A stretch of DNA of 64,000 nucleotides from Octopus sinensis (GCF_006345805.1 NC_043012.1:11160001-11224000), one strand, 5' to 3'; numbered from the stretch's first letter, positions 1-14,271 are shown. Made by a program: numbers and translations. Notes: a model not told the origin generated them from the letters alone.

Positions 1-67
1 CGTTGCGTTTGTTGTTATTAGAGTTGTGATTGTTTTTTTTTCCTGTTTTGGTTATTATTTTATTCTT

Positions 68-290
68 TTATTCTTTTGCTTGTCTCAGTAATTTGACTGT
101 GGCCATGCTGGAGCACCACTTCCTTTTTTTTTTTAGTCGAACAAATCGACTCCAGCAGGTCTTATTCTTTGTTATATTAGTCTCTTTATTATATTAGTCT
201 CTTTTGCGCAACTGCTAAGTTACAGGAATGTAAACACACCAACGCCAGTTGTCAAGCGGTGATGGGGAGACAAACACAGACACAAAGATA
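68..290 (-). mobile_element. SINE-A 3' module (5'-truncated copy)
   Basis: Matches the 3' module (TTTGACTG[CT]GGCCATGCTGGAGCACC...GCTAAGTTAC...GACAAACACAGAC) seen in full copies at 8645, 29812, 31281 and 41945. Confidence 0.8.
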
Positions 291-1179
291 CACACACACA
301 CATACGCCCACAGACACACACTCACAGACACACACACACACACCACACACACACAACACACTCTCACAAACACTAATCAGCCAAAATTGCGAGGATACTC
401 TGGTGCTTGACCGAGGAAAGAAAACTTCTAATGACCCGTCCTTGTTTTCTTTGTATCATCTATCTGGATGTTTTGTTGTCCCTTTTTGTATCACCTAGTT
501 GTCCAGATGTTTTGCGTTCTTGTCCAATCATTTTGTATTATATATACCACATAGCCACGCCTACAACTGAAAGTTTTGGTTGTTGTTGTTGTACTAGCAT
601 TGTTTCGCCAAGGGTCAGTTCTGATTAAAAAAAAAGTATGGACAAAAGTCGTCCACTCGTAACCATTTTATCTTATTTTTTTCAAGACACTGCTTAAGAC
701 TGCAATATCCAGTGTATCCTTCGCTTTTAAAAAAAAATTTCTACGTCAGCTATTATTTCTAGCTGCATGTAGAGCAATTACCTAGCAAATTACTTTCCTT
801 CGTTTGCTTGTGTTCCTCTAATTTCCTTGTTTAACCCTAAGTCAGCCTGGATTAAGTAGGTATATGATCAAAGCTATTCCTACCATCATCAACCTCATCA
901 TCATATGGAAGTAGGAATTTAGAAAGGAAAGGAAACCTCGTAGAGCTCCCGAGATTATCTTTGAGAAGTTGGTTTTGTCTTTTTATTGGCGCTTTAAAAA
1001 TACTCAACCGTGCGCGATATTGTTCATCGTGATTCTGTATTGGATCTAACTAAGAGGAGATATTTATCTGATAGCTTTATAATAGCTAGAAATCATTGGC
1101 TGGGTTAGAACATAACTTTTGCTTTGAAAGCCATTATCGACCAACGGTCGTACTCATTACTGAGTTGACCTCGACCCTC

Positions 1180-1410
1180 CTCTCTTCCCCTCCCCTCCCT
1201 CCGTATACTCCCCCCTCCCCTCCTCCGCACCCCCGCATCCATCCTCACACCCTCCTCCCTCCGTATCATCACCCCTCCCCCTCCCCTCTTTCTCCCCCTC
1301 GCCCTCCTCCTCTTTCTCCTCTTTCCCCCTCCCCCTCCCCTTTATCCTCCTCCTCCCCTCCCCCTCCCTCTGCTCCTCTCTTCTCCTCCTCCTCCTCCTC
1401 ATCATCATTG
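1180..1410. repeat. C/T-rich low-complexity tract
   Basis: Degenerate (CCT)n/(CT)n. It explains the Pro/Ser and Glu/Gly ORFs here. Confidence 0.9.
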
Positions 1411-1706
1411 TCACCATCATGTATGTTTGAGTTACTACAAATGATGCAAACTAGAACTAAAGACAATACTCACTAAGAATCAGCCATTCTTGCGACAAAG
1501 TGCGACTCGAAGGATATTTGGCTGCTATATCTAGCAGTAGTCTGAGCCACCACGTGTGGCCAAATTCTTCTTAGTCATCGTTATTGGTGGTCATGTTAGT
1601 TGTTGCGGTTGTTATTGTTTTAGTAATATCAGCACAGCAGCATGAGTTTTTACTAGTACTAAGTAGTATATTTGTAGCAGTGGTGGTGGTAGTAGCAGTA
1701 GTTGTA

Positions 1707-1740
<34 letters not shown>

Positions 1741-1815
1741 CAGCAGCAGTAGTAGTAGTCTGTGATCCGTCCTTGTATATCTCATACCCCACCGCAAACT
1801 TGCTGGTTTGACCAG

Positions 1816-1946
1816 ACAGGCGACTCATTTGACAAAAGCAACAAAGTAACAGAACCCATCCTCTGCTCCCGCCCCGCCCACCTCTCCTACATCTCTCATA
1901 TTGGTGTGGAATGTATGCAGCAGCAGCAGCAGTGGGGAGAGGGAAG
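1816..1946 (+). CDS. Candidate coding exon 1 of an unidentified gene; contains a CRIB-like motif (SRPAHLSYISHIG)
   Basis: Unique sequence with open frame TGDSFDKSNKVTEPILCSRPAHLSYISHIGVECMQQQQQWGEG. Strong donor AAG|GTGAGC after 1946 (phase 2). The acceptor GACCAG| at 1815 is weak. S-x-P-x-x-L-x-Y-x-x-H-I-G resembles the CRIB consensus S-x-P-x(2-4)-F-x-H-x-x-H-V-G. Confidence 0.4.
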
Positions 1947-2449
1947 GTGAGCTGTCAATGTCTGAGAAATTGAGAAAATATTTTCTTTTTTTTTTACTTT
2001 GGTATTTTTTCATTTGATTTGTTTCGTTTTTTTATGGTTGTTTTGCTTGTTTCGTTTTTGTTGAAAATATCAAATGTAATGTCAAATCCGAGCGACAACT
2101 TTTGCTCCTACCTTACACTGCATCGCTGCTCTCCAATTCTGCGCCGTTCTAGACAGTGTGTCTAAAGCTAAATTTATCCCATGTGTACAAAAGTAACAAA
2201 GATGAGGAGAAAGAAAGAGAAAAAACGGTGGAATGCGGTAAAAGAATACAAAGTATGTGACCATTGGAATGATGCAGTCCTCCTGATTAATGTAGGAGAG
2301 TCTCTGACGGGAGTCAATCAAGGAACCCCACAGATCCAATGTTATCCAAAGCAACAAAGGCACCAGCCCTTGCCCAATCTACCGTAGGCTCATTCACCCT
2401 AACCATTTTTGTAACAGTCACCCATTTTTTCGAAAATTCTCTGAGTAAG

Positions 2450-3420
2450 AACACTCTCCTCTCTACCCGGAGTGGCAGCTGCTGTGGGTGCCGCTGGATG
2501 ACAGACTCTGGTGATGATGTTATTTCACGCTTTCCGATCCATGGCGTTGGCCTTAACATACTCGAGGTCGAGTAACTGCGACTTCAGGGCTTCCTCAAAT
2601 TGTTTCGCTCATGATTTCTTTGGTGTTTCTCCAGTGTATGGAAACATAAATTCCAACCGTTCTACAGTTAATGCTAGGGCTAACCCTACATACCATGACG
2701 TTATCATTGATACATATGGTATTCTCAAAGGAGCACGTCCTACACAGTTGTGATCTGATGGAGTTCCCTGGCTTTTCAACAATCTTAATGTTGAGTTTGG
2801 TCTCCTTCAGGGCTTTCCTAAATCTACGGGCTAGTTCTCCATGGGCTGTGGCCTCTACAAAATCACCCCTTGATATTTGTCGGTTTTATATCACGTGTTC
2901 ACTTCATTTGCTTTGTCACAAGCTCTTTGTATCCTATTCCAGTCTTAGCTTCTATATCTAGGTGTAGTAGCCTTCTGGGGCTCATCCTGCCGTCGTGGCC
3001 AAACCACAGTAGCCTGAGCTGCAGCATTTGGTCTTCAATGATCGGCTGCTGCTATGGACCTCTATACCCACGTTGACTCGGACAGATCAGGTTAGGAAAC
3101 TATCATAGCCAAGTCGATAGAGTCTGACCGAAATGGAAAACGTCTTTCCTCAATCCTTCAAACCCCGCCCACCACACAAACTCTTTCTCCATAGTCACAA
3201 GACAAAGAATTACCGCCTGCCCTATCTTATCAAATGTGGGTGGTGGGGCGATCCACACGACCAATTGTCAGATTAGCTTCACACGTGACAGAGGTTGTTC
3301 GATAGAACTCCACAAGTCAGCAATACTCGACCACCGCACGAGAGCGTGCATACGGTTTCAACGCTCTGCTACATCTCGGTATGTCCTACACATAGCAGAT
3401 ACACAGCTAAATTGCTCTAT
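2450..3420 (-). mobile_element. Decayed RTE-like LINE 3' fragment, interrupted by a PLE piece
   Basis: Minus-strand translation gives IEDQMLQLRLLWFGHDGRM (RLRWFGHVxRM thumb motif) and, after the insert, TPKKS*AKQFEEALKSQLLDLEYVKANAMDRKA*. It has stops and frameshifts. Confidence 0.6.
2659..2962 (-). mobile_element. Penelope-like element internal fragment
   Basis: Near-identical by eye to 5152-5446 of the PLE remnant; the ORFs at 2671 and 5164 share the same antisense translation. Confidence 0.85.
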
Positions 3421-3701
3421 GGCCATGGGTCACTTGACTATGGAGTTGCTTCTGTTGCTGTTATTGTTTATCCCAAGGTCAACCTGAATCAAGCAGGGGG
3501 TCGATGCTAGATGGGTCGAAGCAATTGTAGTGATCAATAGACATTCCCGTTTCTTCCATCATCCGTCTTTCTCATAAATAAAATACCCAACGATCACTGT
3601 GAAAGCGAACGTGCTTTACCGGTGTAAGCTACCAGGTGTATATCGTACGATTTATTCACACACACACACACATATATGTATATATAAATATATATGTAAT
3701 A

Positions 3702-3756
<55 letters not shown>

Positions 3757-3886
3757 TATATATATGTATCAAAAGAAAAACAGGACGCAAAGTTATCAAT
3801 ATTCACCCTGAATTTATATATATATATATATAATATATATACGTATATACATACATATATTTCTATATACATACATACATGCATGC

Positions 3887-3963
<77 letters not shown>

Positions 3964-4427
3964 TGTAAGCAGGTGCAACTGAGATGGATGGTGTGACAGC
4001 CATGCCAAAGCAATCAGAAAAGAAAGCTGTGAAAAAAAAATATTAAAAATAAAATAAAAATACTGAAAAAGAAAGTGAAAGGCATAAAGACAACAAAAAT
4101 GAATGAAAGGTTAAAATAAGAAAGAAAATGTTGTATGTCTATATGCATATATATGTATTATGTATATATGTATTATGTATATATGTATATACATTCATAT
4201 ATACATATGTGTGAGAAGGGGGGAGGGAGAGAGAGAAAGAGAGAGCAGGTAACGTAGAATACAACACTGAGGTGTGATATTAAGTGGATAGTGGATAGCT
4301 GTGTGTGAGATAGCGACAAACATAGCCGGGTATGAGTGTGCGCCATGGATGGAACAGTTTACTTTTCTTCAATTTTCCTTGCGTTTTGCAACCTTTTCAA
4401 TAGTTGTTGACTCTGTCCGTTATTCAA

Positions 4428-4785
4428 GCTGCGTTCTTTTTGTTCGTTTGGGCGCATGCGTGTGGGTCAGTGTGTGCGCAAGCACATGTGTGTATGTATG
4501 TATGTATGTATGTATGTATGTATGTATGTATGTATGTATGGATGGATGCGTATCTCCATATATGTGGACGTGTGTCCCCATATGGTCCTTGTGTGAAGTG
4601 TGTGTGTATAAGGTCATGTGTTTCAGTCTTCATTTCCGTACTGTGTGTATGTGTGCTTGTCTGTTCATATTACCTATGTACCTATCCGGGTGTATGTCTG
4701 TTTTCTTTCATACCCATTTGCCTACATACATGTGCATATACATATACATACGTACACACACGCACACACATGCATACATCTACAT
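4428..4785 (+). repeat. Left arm of an inverted repeat flanking the PLE remnant
   Basis: Reverse complement of 6050-6290 plus 7345-7420; shared unique blocks include GCTTGTCTGTTCATATTACCTATGTACCTATCCG and GGGTCAGTGTGTG. Confidence 0.8.
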
Positions 4786-4868
4786 AACATCCCATTAACC
4801 ATTCTACCTGTATATAAATATAAACTGTGGGTATGGGGGTATGATTATCTACTACATATATTTCCTAT

Positions 4869-5880
4869 TTAGTACTGAGATGTTTCATTCATAAGGACGT
4901 GCTCCTTTATTTGTCTGAGTGTTGGGTCCTTTGAGTGCTTGGATAAAATGCGGATGTCAAGTTGACCCAGGCTGCTTCCATGTTGGTCCTTGGCATGTTG
5001 GTAGAGTATGGAGGACTGTTGTTTGTCGTCATATTGTCTCAAATGTTCATTTAGTCTTTCCGTAATGCTCCTAGACGTCTCCCCTCTGTATGTCATATTC
5101 GTGTCTTTACAAGCACCTTCTATGCATCTTATGCTGTAAACTCCATTTCTAGTTCTACAGTTAATGCTAGGGCTAATCCTACATACCATGAAGTTATCAT
5201 TAGTACATATGGTATTCTCAAAGGGGCACGTCCTACACAATTGTGATCTGATGGAGTTCCCTGGCTTATCAACAATCTTAATGTTGAGTTTGGTCTTCAG
5301 AGCTTTCCTAAATCTACGGGCTAGTTCTCCATGGGCTGTGGCCTCTACAAACATCATATTTGTCGGTTTTATACCACGTGTTCACCCTGTTTGCTTTGTC
5401 ACAAACTCTTCGTATCCTATTCCAGTCTTTGCTTCTATATCTAGGGCAGGTATCACTGGTTTCATTACATATAATGTTATCTAACTTTTTTCTGGCACCT
5501 CTGTATACTTGAACCCTATCTTTCTGATCATATTCAGAGAATTGCATGCGGTGCATGAAGTTCTGTACATGTTTCTTCGTTTCATGGGGCTTGCCTAGTG
5601 GGGACATGCATTTCTCCTCAGCAAAATCTATGTCTATAGATGGGTAGAGTGAAATCATACTACCCACTACACAACCTGGAGTGGCTGCAAGTACTAATTT
5701 TACTGAGGATATCTTCCGTGCTCACGTAGACATCTGGAGACATATCTACGAGAGGTCGTGATACTTGTGAGAGAAAGTAGGACAGTCTATAGTTGCTGGA
5801 GATATTCGCTTTGCAAACTGCTCAGGTTGGGGGCACCATGACAGAGTTTAAGTAGGGTTTGTGATCGTTACGTAATCCTT
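4869..5880 (-). mobile_element. Penelope-like retroelement remnant (internally deleted RT, Cys-rich linker, GIY-YIG endonuclease)
   Basis: RT blocks RPLVDMSPDVYVSTEDILSKI and VVGSMISLYPSIDID, then a jump to thumb-like KHVQNFMHRMQFSEY. Linker CRTCPFEN..C..VCR. GIY-YIG block GVYSIRC...YRGETSRSITERLNEH. Confidence 0.9.
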
Positions 5881-6049
5881 ATCGTGTAGGAACATCACCA
5901 CCACCAATAGCAACAACAATGCCAGCAACAATAACAACGACAACCACAACGATAATTCTATTTTCTATAAGCCTAACAACAAACCTTATGACATGACGAG
6001 AATCTACCCTACAGACATACCCTTCAACAAAAGGGTATGTATCCCACCC

Positions 6050-6212
6050 CAAATGCATGTATGTGTGCGTGTGTGTATGTATATGCGCATGTATGTAGCC
6101 AAATGGATATGAAAGTAAACAGATAGACATACAGACGGATAGGTACATAGGTAATATGAACAGACAAGCACGCATACACACACATACGCCAAGGAAGACT
6201 GAAACACACGAC

Positions 6213-6253
<41 letters not shown>

Positions 6254-7069
6254 CACTTCACACTAGGACACATATGGAGACACACAATCACGAACAGACA
6301 GACACATAAACATGAATATGCAGAATACATACATACAAACGTACACACATACATACATACATACATACATACACACACACATACATACTACTACATCACA
6401 TCATACATACATACATACTTCATACATACATACATACATACATTCATACATACATTCATACATACATACATACATACATACATACATACATTCATACATA
6501 ACATACATACATACATACATTCATACATACATACATACATACATTCATACATACATTCATACATACATACATACATACATACATACATACTACATACATA
6601 CATACATTCATACATACATCATACACATACATTCATACATACATACATACATACATTCATACATACATACATACATACATACTACATACATTCATACATA
6701 CATACATACATACATACATACTACACATTCATACTACATACTACATACATTCATACATACATCATACTACATACAACATACATACTACATTCATACATAC
6801 ATACATACATACATATATACATACATACAACATACCTTCATACATACATACATACTATTCATCCATACATACATACATACTACATACATACATTCTACAT
6901 ACATCATACATACTAATACATACATACATACATACATTCATACATACATACATCATACAATATATACATACATACATACATACATTCATACATACATACA
7001 ACATACATTACAACATACATACATACATACATACATACATACATACATCATTCATACATACATACAACA

Positions 7070-7103
<34 letters not shown>

Positions 7104-7309
7104 CATACATACATACATACATCATTCATACATACATACATACATACATGCATACATACTACATACATACATTCATACATACATACATACATACATACAT
7201 ACATTCATACATACATCATACATACACACATACATACCACATACATACTACATACATTCATACATACATACATACATACATACACACATACATACATACA
7301 TACAAACGT

Positions 7310-7344
<35 letters not shown>

Positions 7345-7420
7345 ACATATGCACACACATACATACATGCATACACACACTGACCCACCCACATGCGCAC
7401 AAACAAACAAAAATAATGCA
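6050..7420 (-). repeat. Right arm of the inverted repeat, containing a ~1 kb expanded (CATA)n
   Basis: Unique blocks match the left arm. The internal (CATA)n at about 6330-7320 compares with about 50 bp of (TATG)n in the left arm. Confidence 0.8.
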
Positions 7421-7430
7421 TATACACCTA

Positions 7431-7477
<47 letters not shown>

Positions 7478-8347
7478 TGACACACACACACATATATACA
7501 CATATATATGTATATACATACATAGATACACACACACACACTCACACACACACACACAAACACACACACACATATATACACACACCGCACATATATCTGT
7601 ATACGCACACATACGCACTTAAGTACATCTATGTGTGTGTATTAATGTATGTTATGTATTATTGTACGTATGCATGTGTGTGTGTGTACTTGCGAATTCA
7701 TACTGAATTATACAGCTAGTGCTTCACGTTAATCAAAGCAAGAAAAAATGTTGCCACAGCTGAAATTTTTCCCGAACTTCCGATCAGATAACAGAAGTGT
7801 TATCATGCATACACCTAGAACTCAGCTATTTCTTATACACTACTACTACTACTACTACTACTACTACAATTATTATTATTAGTAGTAGTAGTAGTAGTAT
7901 GTGGCCGTGTACACGTGTGTTAGAAAAGCGCCTTAGCATTTTGTATTATATACAGAGTACAACTGAAGAAAAGAGATTTTGTTTTGGAAAATTTTCAACA
8001 AGGAGCCTCTTGGGACATATTAGTTGGACGTCTAGATCCCTTACATCAGGAGATATAAATTGTGTCATTTTATTTTTTGCCATAATCTAATTTCTTTCGT
8101 TTTGTTTATATGTAACTCAAGAGAACATGTCGGCAGAGAAACATCCTGTTCCCCTAAAAACAACCGCAATGAAAGCAACAATAAAGAAAACTGATAAAAG
8201 AAAAGCAAAATCCAATCTCACAAAATGCGTGTATTTTAGTCGAAAAAATAAAATTTTAAGGGTTAAAAAGTTCGGTCTGTACCATTTTAACATCACATGT
8301 ATAAACATATATGTACGCACGCATGTACACACACTCGTACACACACG

Positions 8348-8411
<64 letters not shown>

Positions 8412-8644
8412 CAAACAGAATTTATCAGGTGAATAGAAGTTAAATTTAATGGGCAAAAATTGTTTAGAGACAAAATGTTTAGAGAGAGAAATGAGACAAA
8501 AAGATCTTCCGCCAGCGTTGCTAGACGTAAAGAGGAAAATATATGTGATCGGTGAACTATCATCCACTGAGGATCCATATCCGAGAGCAAGCAAAGAGGA
8601 ACGTTGCATATTTCTACATCTGTACAGCGGCACTCTTAAACAAC

Positions 8645-8808
8645 GGCGCAGGTGTGGCTATGCGGTAAGTAGCTTGCTTACCAACCACACGGTTCTGGGT
8701 TCATTCCTACTGCGTGGCACCTTGGGCAAGTGTCTTCTACTATAGCCTCGGGCCATCCAAAGCCTTGTGAGTGGATTTGTTAAACGGAAACTAAAAGAAG
8801 CCCGTTGT

Positions 8809-8842
<34 letters not shown>

Positions 8843-9072
8843 AATATATGTGTGTGTATAAGTTTGTGTGTCTGTATTTGTCCCCCCACCAACATCGCTT
8901 TACAACCGATGGTGGTGTGCTTACGTCCCCGTAACTTAGCGGTCCGGCAAAAGTGATTGATAGAATAAGTACTAGGCTTACAAAGAATAAGTCCTGGGGT
9001 CGATTTGCTCGACTAGAAAGCGGTGCTCCAGCATGGCCACAGTCAAATGACTGAAACAAGTAAAAGAGTAAC
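8645..9072 (+). mobile_element. SINE-A full copy: tRNA-like head, internal (TA)n/(TG)n, 3' module, AAAGAGT tail
   Basis: A-box-like TGGCTATGCGG, B-box-like GGTTCATTCC, CCTTGGGCAAG core. The same architecture recurs many times in the window. Confidence 0.9.
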
Positions 9073-9879
9073 GATTGAAAGTCTTGGCCGACATAAGGCG
9101 TGATATCTCTTCCATCCATCAAGGTAAGGCTCTTGGAATAACATGCTTAGTATGCAAAACTGAGAATAGGATGAGAAAACATGTGAAGCAGGTGCCCCAT
9201 ACGGTACATAGGCCATCTGAATGCATGATGGTCCCAGTGATGATCATTGGTCATAATATTGATAGTTGGGTCGCTTTCGCATTTGTGGATCAGTAAGGAA
9301 GAGTAGGAACAGCAAAGGGGGATAGAAACATGGACTTGATCTTATTAGAAATCCAAATCCTACCGACTTCCGAAAACTATAGCCATTCCAAACCTTACCT
9401 CCATTGTAGGCTAGAAAAGAAACGCATTGTTGTTGGCAGGGAATAGCGAGTAATCCAGTTGCTACACAGATAGTCGCAAGTGCCATTTGAGAGCTTTCTG
9501 TCTGGGAGACATCGTGAAGAAGAAAAAATGGGAAAGAAAATGCCAGTAACAGCATCAGTGGCAGCATACCATAGAAATTGCTATTTTCAAAGTATCACGA
9601 GTTGAGGCACCGGAAATCTAAGAAGAGATCACCTCATCCTCAACTCCAGCTGCCAACGATGAAGGTCCTCTACCGCCAACTAGAACCGGTACTCCAATTC
9701 CATCGCAGTTGATGGACTATAAACAGGAATGTAAGACTGTCGGAAGCAGCATAAAGAGTAAAAGAAAAAGGAAAGTGACCCCTAAAAAAGAGTGTAAGTA
9801 AAATGAAGGTGTATTTAACGTTTTCCCCCCTACATTGCTCGACGTAGTATATATAGAAAAGCCAATGGATATTTACTGT

Positions 9880-11050
9880 ATAAGTATAAAGTCTGGAGTG
9901 TTCTACCTAATGTAAATGCAGTGCCTAATAAAATTGTGTTATGTTTTCTGTGAGTAGATCCTAATTTATTTTTTAGTACGGTAGTGGTGGTCCTTTAAAG
10001 CCTGTATCATGTCGACATTATCCTTATTCATATACCCAAAGCAACTATTGCTAACATGATTGCTTCTGTTTTCAATTCTTACTTTTTTTTCCAGGCATAT
10101 ATATCCGGATAGAGTTTTTGTTCCCCATTTCTTTCAGAAATATCTTTCCTTGAATTTGATTTCGTCAATTAGGAAATGGAGATAATTCTTTTCCTGACAT
10201 ACTATCTCGACAATTTGCTTTAATCTCTCTATCTATATGAATTAACATACTCTGCTATATGGTTATTTCGTTATTCTCTGAGATATGCTGTAGATTTGTG
10301 CCGTTTCTTTACAGTCGAGTATTGCATAATGTCACAATATTTACAACTTATCTTTGACATTTCTCACAGATATGTCTTTTTAAATATTCTGTTTGAACTG
10401 TGGCTTCGCAACCCAAAACTATTTGATTGATTGATTCTTCATAACACACACATATTCTCATGTTATTATCTGAACTCTGATTCGTTTTATATCTTTGGTG
10501 CCAAGGAGAATTCTGATGGTTTTCTGTCAGTCTCAACCCATTCCCTTCTCTCTCGGCTTTAACTATTGAACTTTTCAACCAGTGTTGAGGTTTTTGTTTT
10601 GTTGGTTATTCGCCATGAAGTAGCTTTCTTTTTAAACGTCTTAACACGACGTTCTCTAGTTATGTTTTTAATTTTTGTTTTTGTTTAGAGTTTCTGACAT
10701 TGTTTCTTCATTCTCTTCATGGCTGATAGTTTAATATTTGCTGAAAAACGGGAAATAATCTTTATTCAATTTATGTTTTGTAATAGTTTCTAGTGGTTTC
10801 TCTTTATTCTTTTCGAGGTATTTTTATAGTTCTAGCAAATAATTTATAATAGTTTTCTATTTAAAGGAGACCCATATCGCTTTTGTTCCCTGAAATCATT
10901 GTAATGTTGGCATTGAGTCGTGTATTCTAAACGTAGTCTTCATTTTCCTTGTTTTTCTGCATAGCTTTGTTAACTTCATTTAGCTTCCAGTTGAGAATAT
11001 TAAATCTGTGACTTCTTATAGAAACAGTTGGGTCATTGAAACCTTTGGTA
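9880..11050 (-). mobile_element. Decayed R4/Dong-like (RLE-clade) LINE, 3' half
   Basis: Fragments HRFNILNWKLNEVNK, CVCYEESINQIVLGCE..QTEYLKRH (CCHC region), IHIDREIKAN, LKTEAI..IVALG and ILLGTAFTLGRTL match R4-clade C-terminal motifs. Confidence 0.75.
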
Positions 11051-11695
11051 TTATTTTTGGATTTTTTGGAATTTTGCTTTGGATGTATGTATTTGTATGT
11101 ATTGCTAGAAACAGCTACGTTTCTCTAACATTTTACATAGTTCAACCCACACAAGTTAATGTGTGAGAAACAAAATAGGAATTTTGAAAAAAAAAAGCTT
11201 TATAAAACTAATTTTTAACCACTGAATGGCTATAGGGGCCCAACAGAATAAAATAGTAATCAAAGGGGTCCATAGATAAAAGTGGTTGAGAACTCCTGAT
11301 CTAATCCAATGTTTCTTTTATGAGACGGCAGAGTATGATTGGAAGGATATTTTAGAAACCGCAATGAAGGCCTTCTCGCAGGTTGTGTATCGTTCTTGTT
11401 TAGTCCAGGCCAATTATGATTGGACAGACCTATTACGAAAAGCATTGCGGTCATAATCATCTTGTCGTGTTTCTATGTACAAGGAACTCAGGTTGCATTA
11501 TCTAACGTATCCTTTATTAAGGATGTGCTTTAAGAGAGATTTGAGACCTATTTCTAGTGGGTCGAGCGACCACATAAGGGCATAACAATTCGGCTTGTAA
11601 TAAATGTGGATAAACACGTGATTGTACAGACGCGCGTGTACGAGCGTGTGTATGTGTACGTGTATGTGTATGTGTGTATGTGTGTGCGCACGCGC

Positions 11696-11726
<31 letters not shown>

Positions 11727-11851
11727 GGGAGGTTTTGAAGGTGTGTGCATGTGTTTATCTATACATGTCGGTACGTGCGTGCATGTACGTTTATTATATG
11801 TGTGCGTGTGTTTATCTAGACATGTGTGCATGTTTATTTTCATAGATATAT

Positions 11852-11937
<86 letters not shown>

Positions 11938-12409
11938 AGGTAGGTAGGTATGTGTATGCAAAGGAGATAGCGCGGTGCCACATCTGTCAATACCTACTTA
12001 GTTGAACGTTTGGTTTAGAATGAAAGACAAGATGGACGAGGTGGTGGCAGTGGTGGTAGTGATGGTAGTGGTGGTGGTGGTGGTGGTGTTGATGGTGGTC
12101 GTAGTGGTGGCGGTTTAGGTTTGAAATCTCCTTTGTATAGATGAGGTCGAGGATGTCAACGTAAGTTAGGAGGGTGTTGCTATGTCAGAGAACAGTGGAC
12201 GAAACTTCAATATTTGCTAAAAACAGACTCCCTTTTTTTGTGAAAGGCCCCCCCCACCACCACCACCACACACACACACACACACACAAACATACTCATA
12301 TACGCATACGTACATGCACACACGCGCATACATACACAGGTACTTTCATATTTGTACACATAGATATTACATACACGAATGCATTCATAAACACTACTAT
12401 TTATGTATA

Positions 12410-12594
12410 AACACATACACAACCACACACACACATATATATATACATATATACATACATACATACATACATCATACATACATACATACATACATACATA
12501 CCTACATACATATATATATATATATGTATACATACATACATATATATATACATACATATAATATATATATATATATATATACATACATACATAT

Positions 12595-12644
<50 letters not shown>

Positions 12645-12672
12645 CAGTACATACATATATATATATACATAC

Positions 12673-12714
<42 letters not shown>

Positions 12715-12726
12715 ATACATACATAC

Positions 12727-12757
<31 letters not shown>

Positions 12758-12790
12758 CATACATATATATAATATACATACAGTACATAC

Positions 12791-12846
<56 letters not shown>

Positions 12847-12916
12847 CATACATATATATTATATATATATACATACAGTACATACATACATACATATATA
12901 TATATAATACATACAG

Positions 12917-12990
<74 letters not shown>

Positions 12991-13140
12991 TACATACATA
13001 CATATATATATATATACATACATACATATATATATATATACATACATACATATAATATATATATATATATATATACAGTATATATATATACAGTACATAC
13101 ATACATACATACATACATACATACATACAAGAATGAATAC
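12410..13140. repeat. Long compound (TA)n/(CATA)n microsatellite
   Basis: Direct reading. Confidence 0.95.
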
Positions 13141-13553
13141 AACACATGCATTCACGTACAAACATATACATGCCTACATACTTACCTACCTACACACATA
13201 CTTATTGTACCCACATACATATGCACATACATTCGATCGAATAAATATATGTATACAAACGTAGATGCATACATACACACAGACATTCGTCCATACGTAT
13301 TATACATAAAGACAAAGGGATATTCGAAAATGTCAATATATACGAATATAGACATGTGTGCGTAAACTTGAGTCTGTTTACAAATACATATATTTCTGTC
13401 ATACAATATATTTTTGTTATATTTGTGGTGTATATTTATTTATGCAATTATGAGAGAATGACGGGAGAAGGCAGTGGAAAAGTTCTCTGAGTAAAGATAC
13501 GTGTCTTTGTATAAGTATCCACATGCATTTCTCCCTCTCGCCGAGTGTGTGCA

Positions 13554-13587
<34 letters not shown>

Positions 13588-13675
13588 CGTGTGCGTGTGT
13601 GTGTGTGTGTGTATGCGTGTGTGTGTGTGTATGCGTGTGTGTGTGTGTGTATGCGTGTGTGTGTGTGTGTGTGTA

Positions 13676-13711
<36 letters not shown>

Positions 13712-14271
13712 GAGGAGGAATGGATAATGACAGTGCAATACATGTGACAAATGTTTCAATGGCATGGGAGTTTATTTGCATTCTGTGTATTACGTAAGCC
13801 AAAATCATCTGACATTTCGTCGGGTATTCTGAACAATCGATAGGAAAAGATAGATTGCTTACTATGGAAGAATTTTCAGGGTTTTAGCGATTTGATACAT
13901 CCATACATACGTGTATACATGACGGAAGCCGACTCATGACTATGATTACTTCTTAGACCCATTTCACCCAAAATTGATCTCCCAAAATTGATACATCCCA
14001 AAATTGATCTCTTAAGGCCTGGAAAGGACCTATAAGACATTCCACACCGTCAACAAGTTAGCCTTCATGCAACAGCCTGGCCATCTGGGATGATGGAACC
14101 TACAATGCCGAGTGAATACACTGGCAGACCCACGCACTCTTCTACACAACATGCGCGAAAGAACATGTTGGAAGATGGAGTTGCCTCTGTGGCCACGCTT
14201 ATGGCTGTGTAGGCCAACCTTTCAAGAGCAAGCACGACCAGCTGGTCACACGACAGAAACTGTTTCAGGAA

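Noticed and set aside
6312-7622. 436-aa ORF, and similar long His/Thr/Tyr/Ile or Met/Tyr/Val/Cys ORFs at 12207, 21527, 36043 and 55055
   Set aside because: These are stop-free reading frames of (CATA)n/(TA)n/(CA)n microsatellites, not protein-like.
9080-9760. Possible LINE APE endonuclease remnant on the minus strand, and a strong plus-strand donor at 9123
   Set aside because: Only faint GxGFLI/GDxxA-like traces needing indels; no acceptor for the donor.
13794-13828. 35-nt minus-strand mini-exon (IPDEMSDDFGL)
   Set aside because: Too short, with equally good splice-like signals on the opposite strand; cannot be told from chance.
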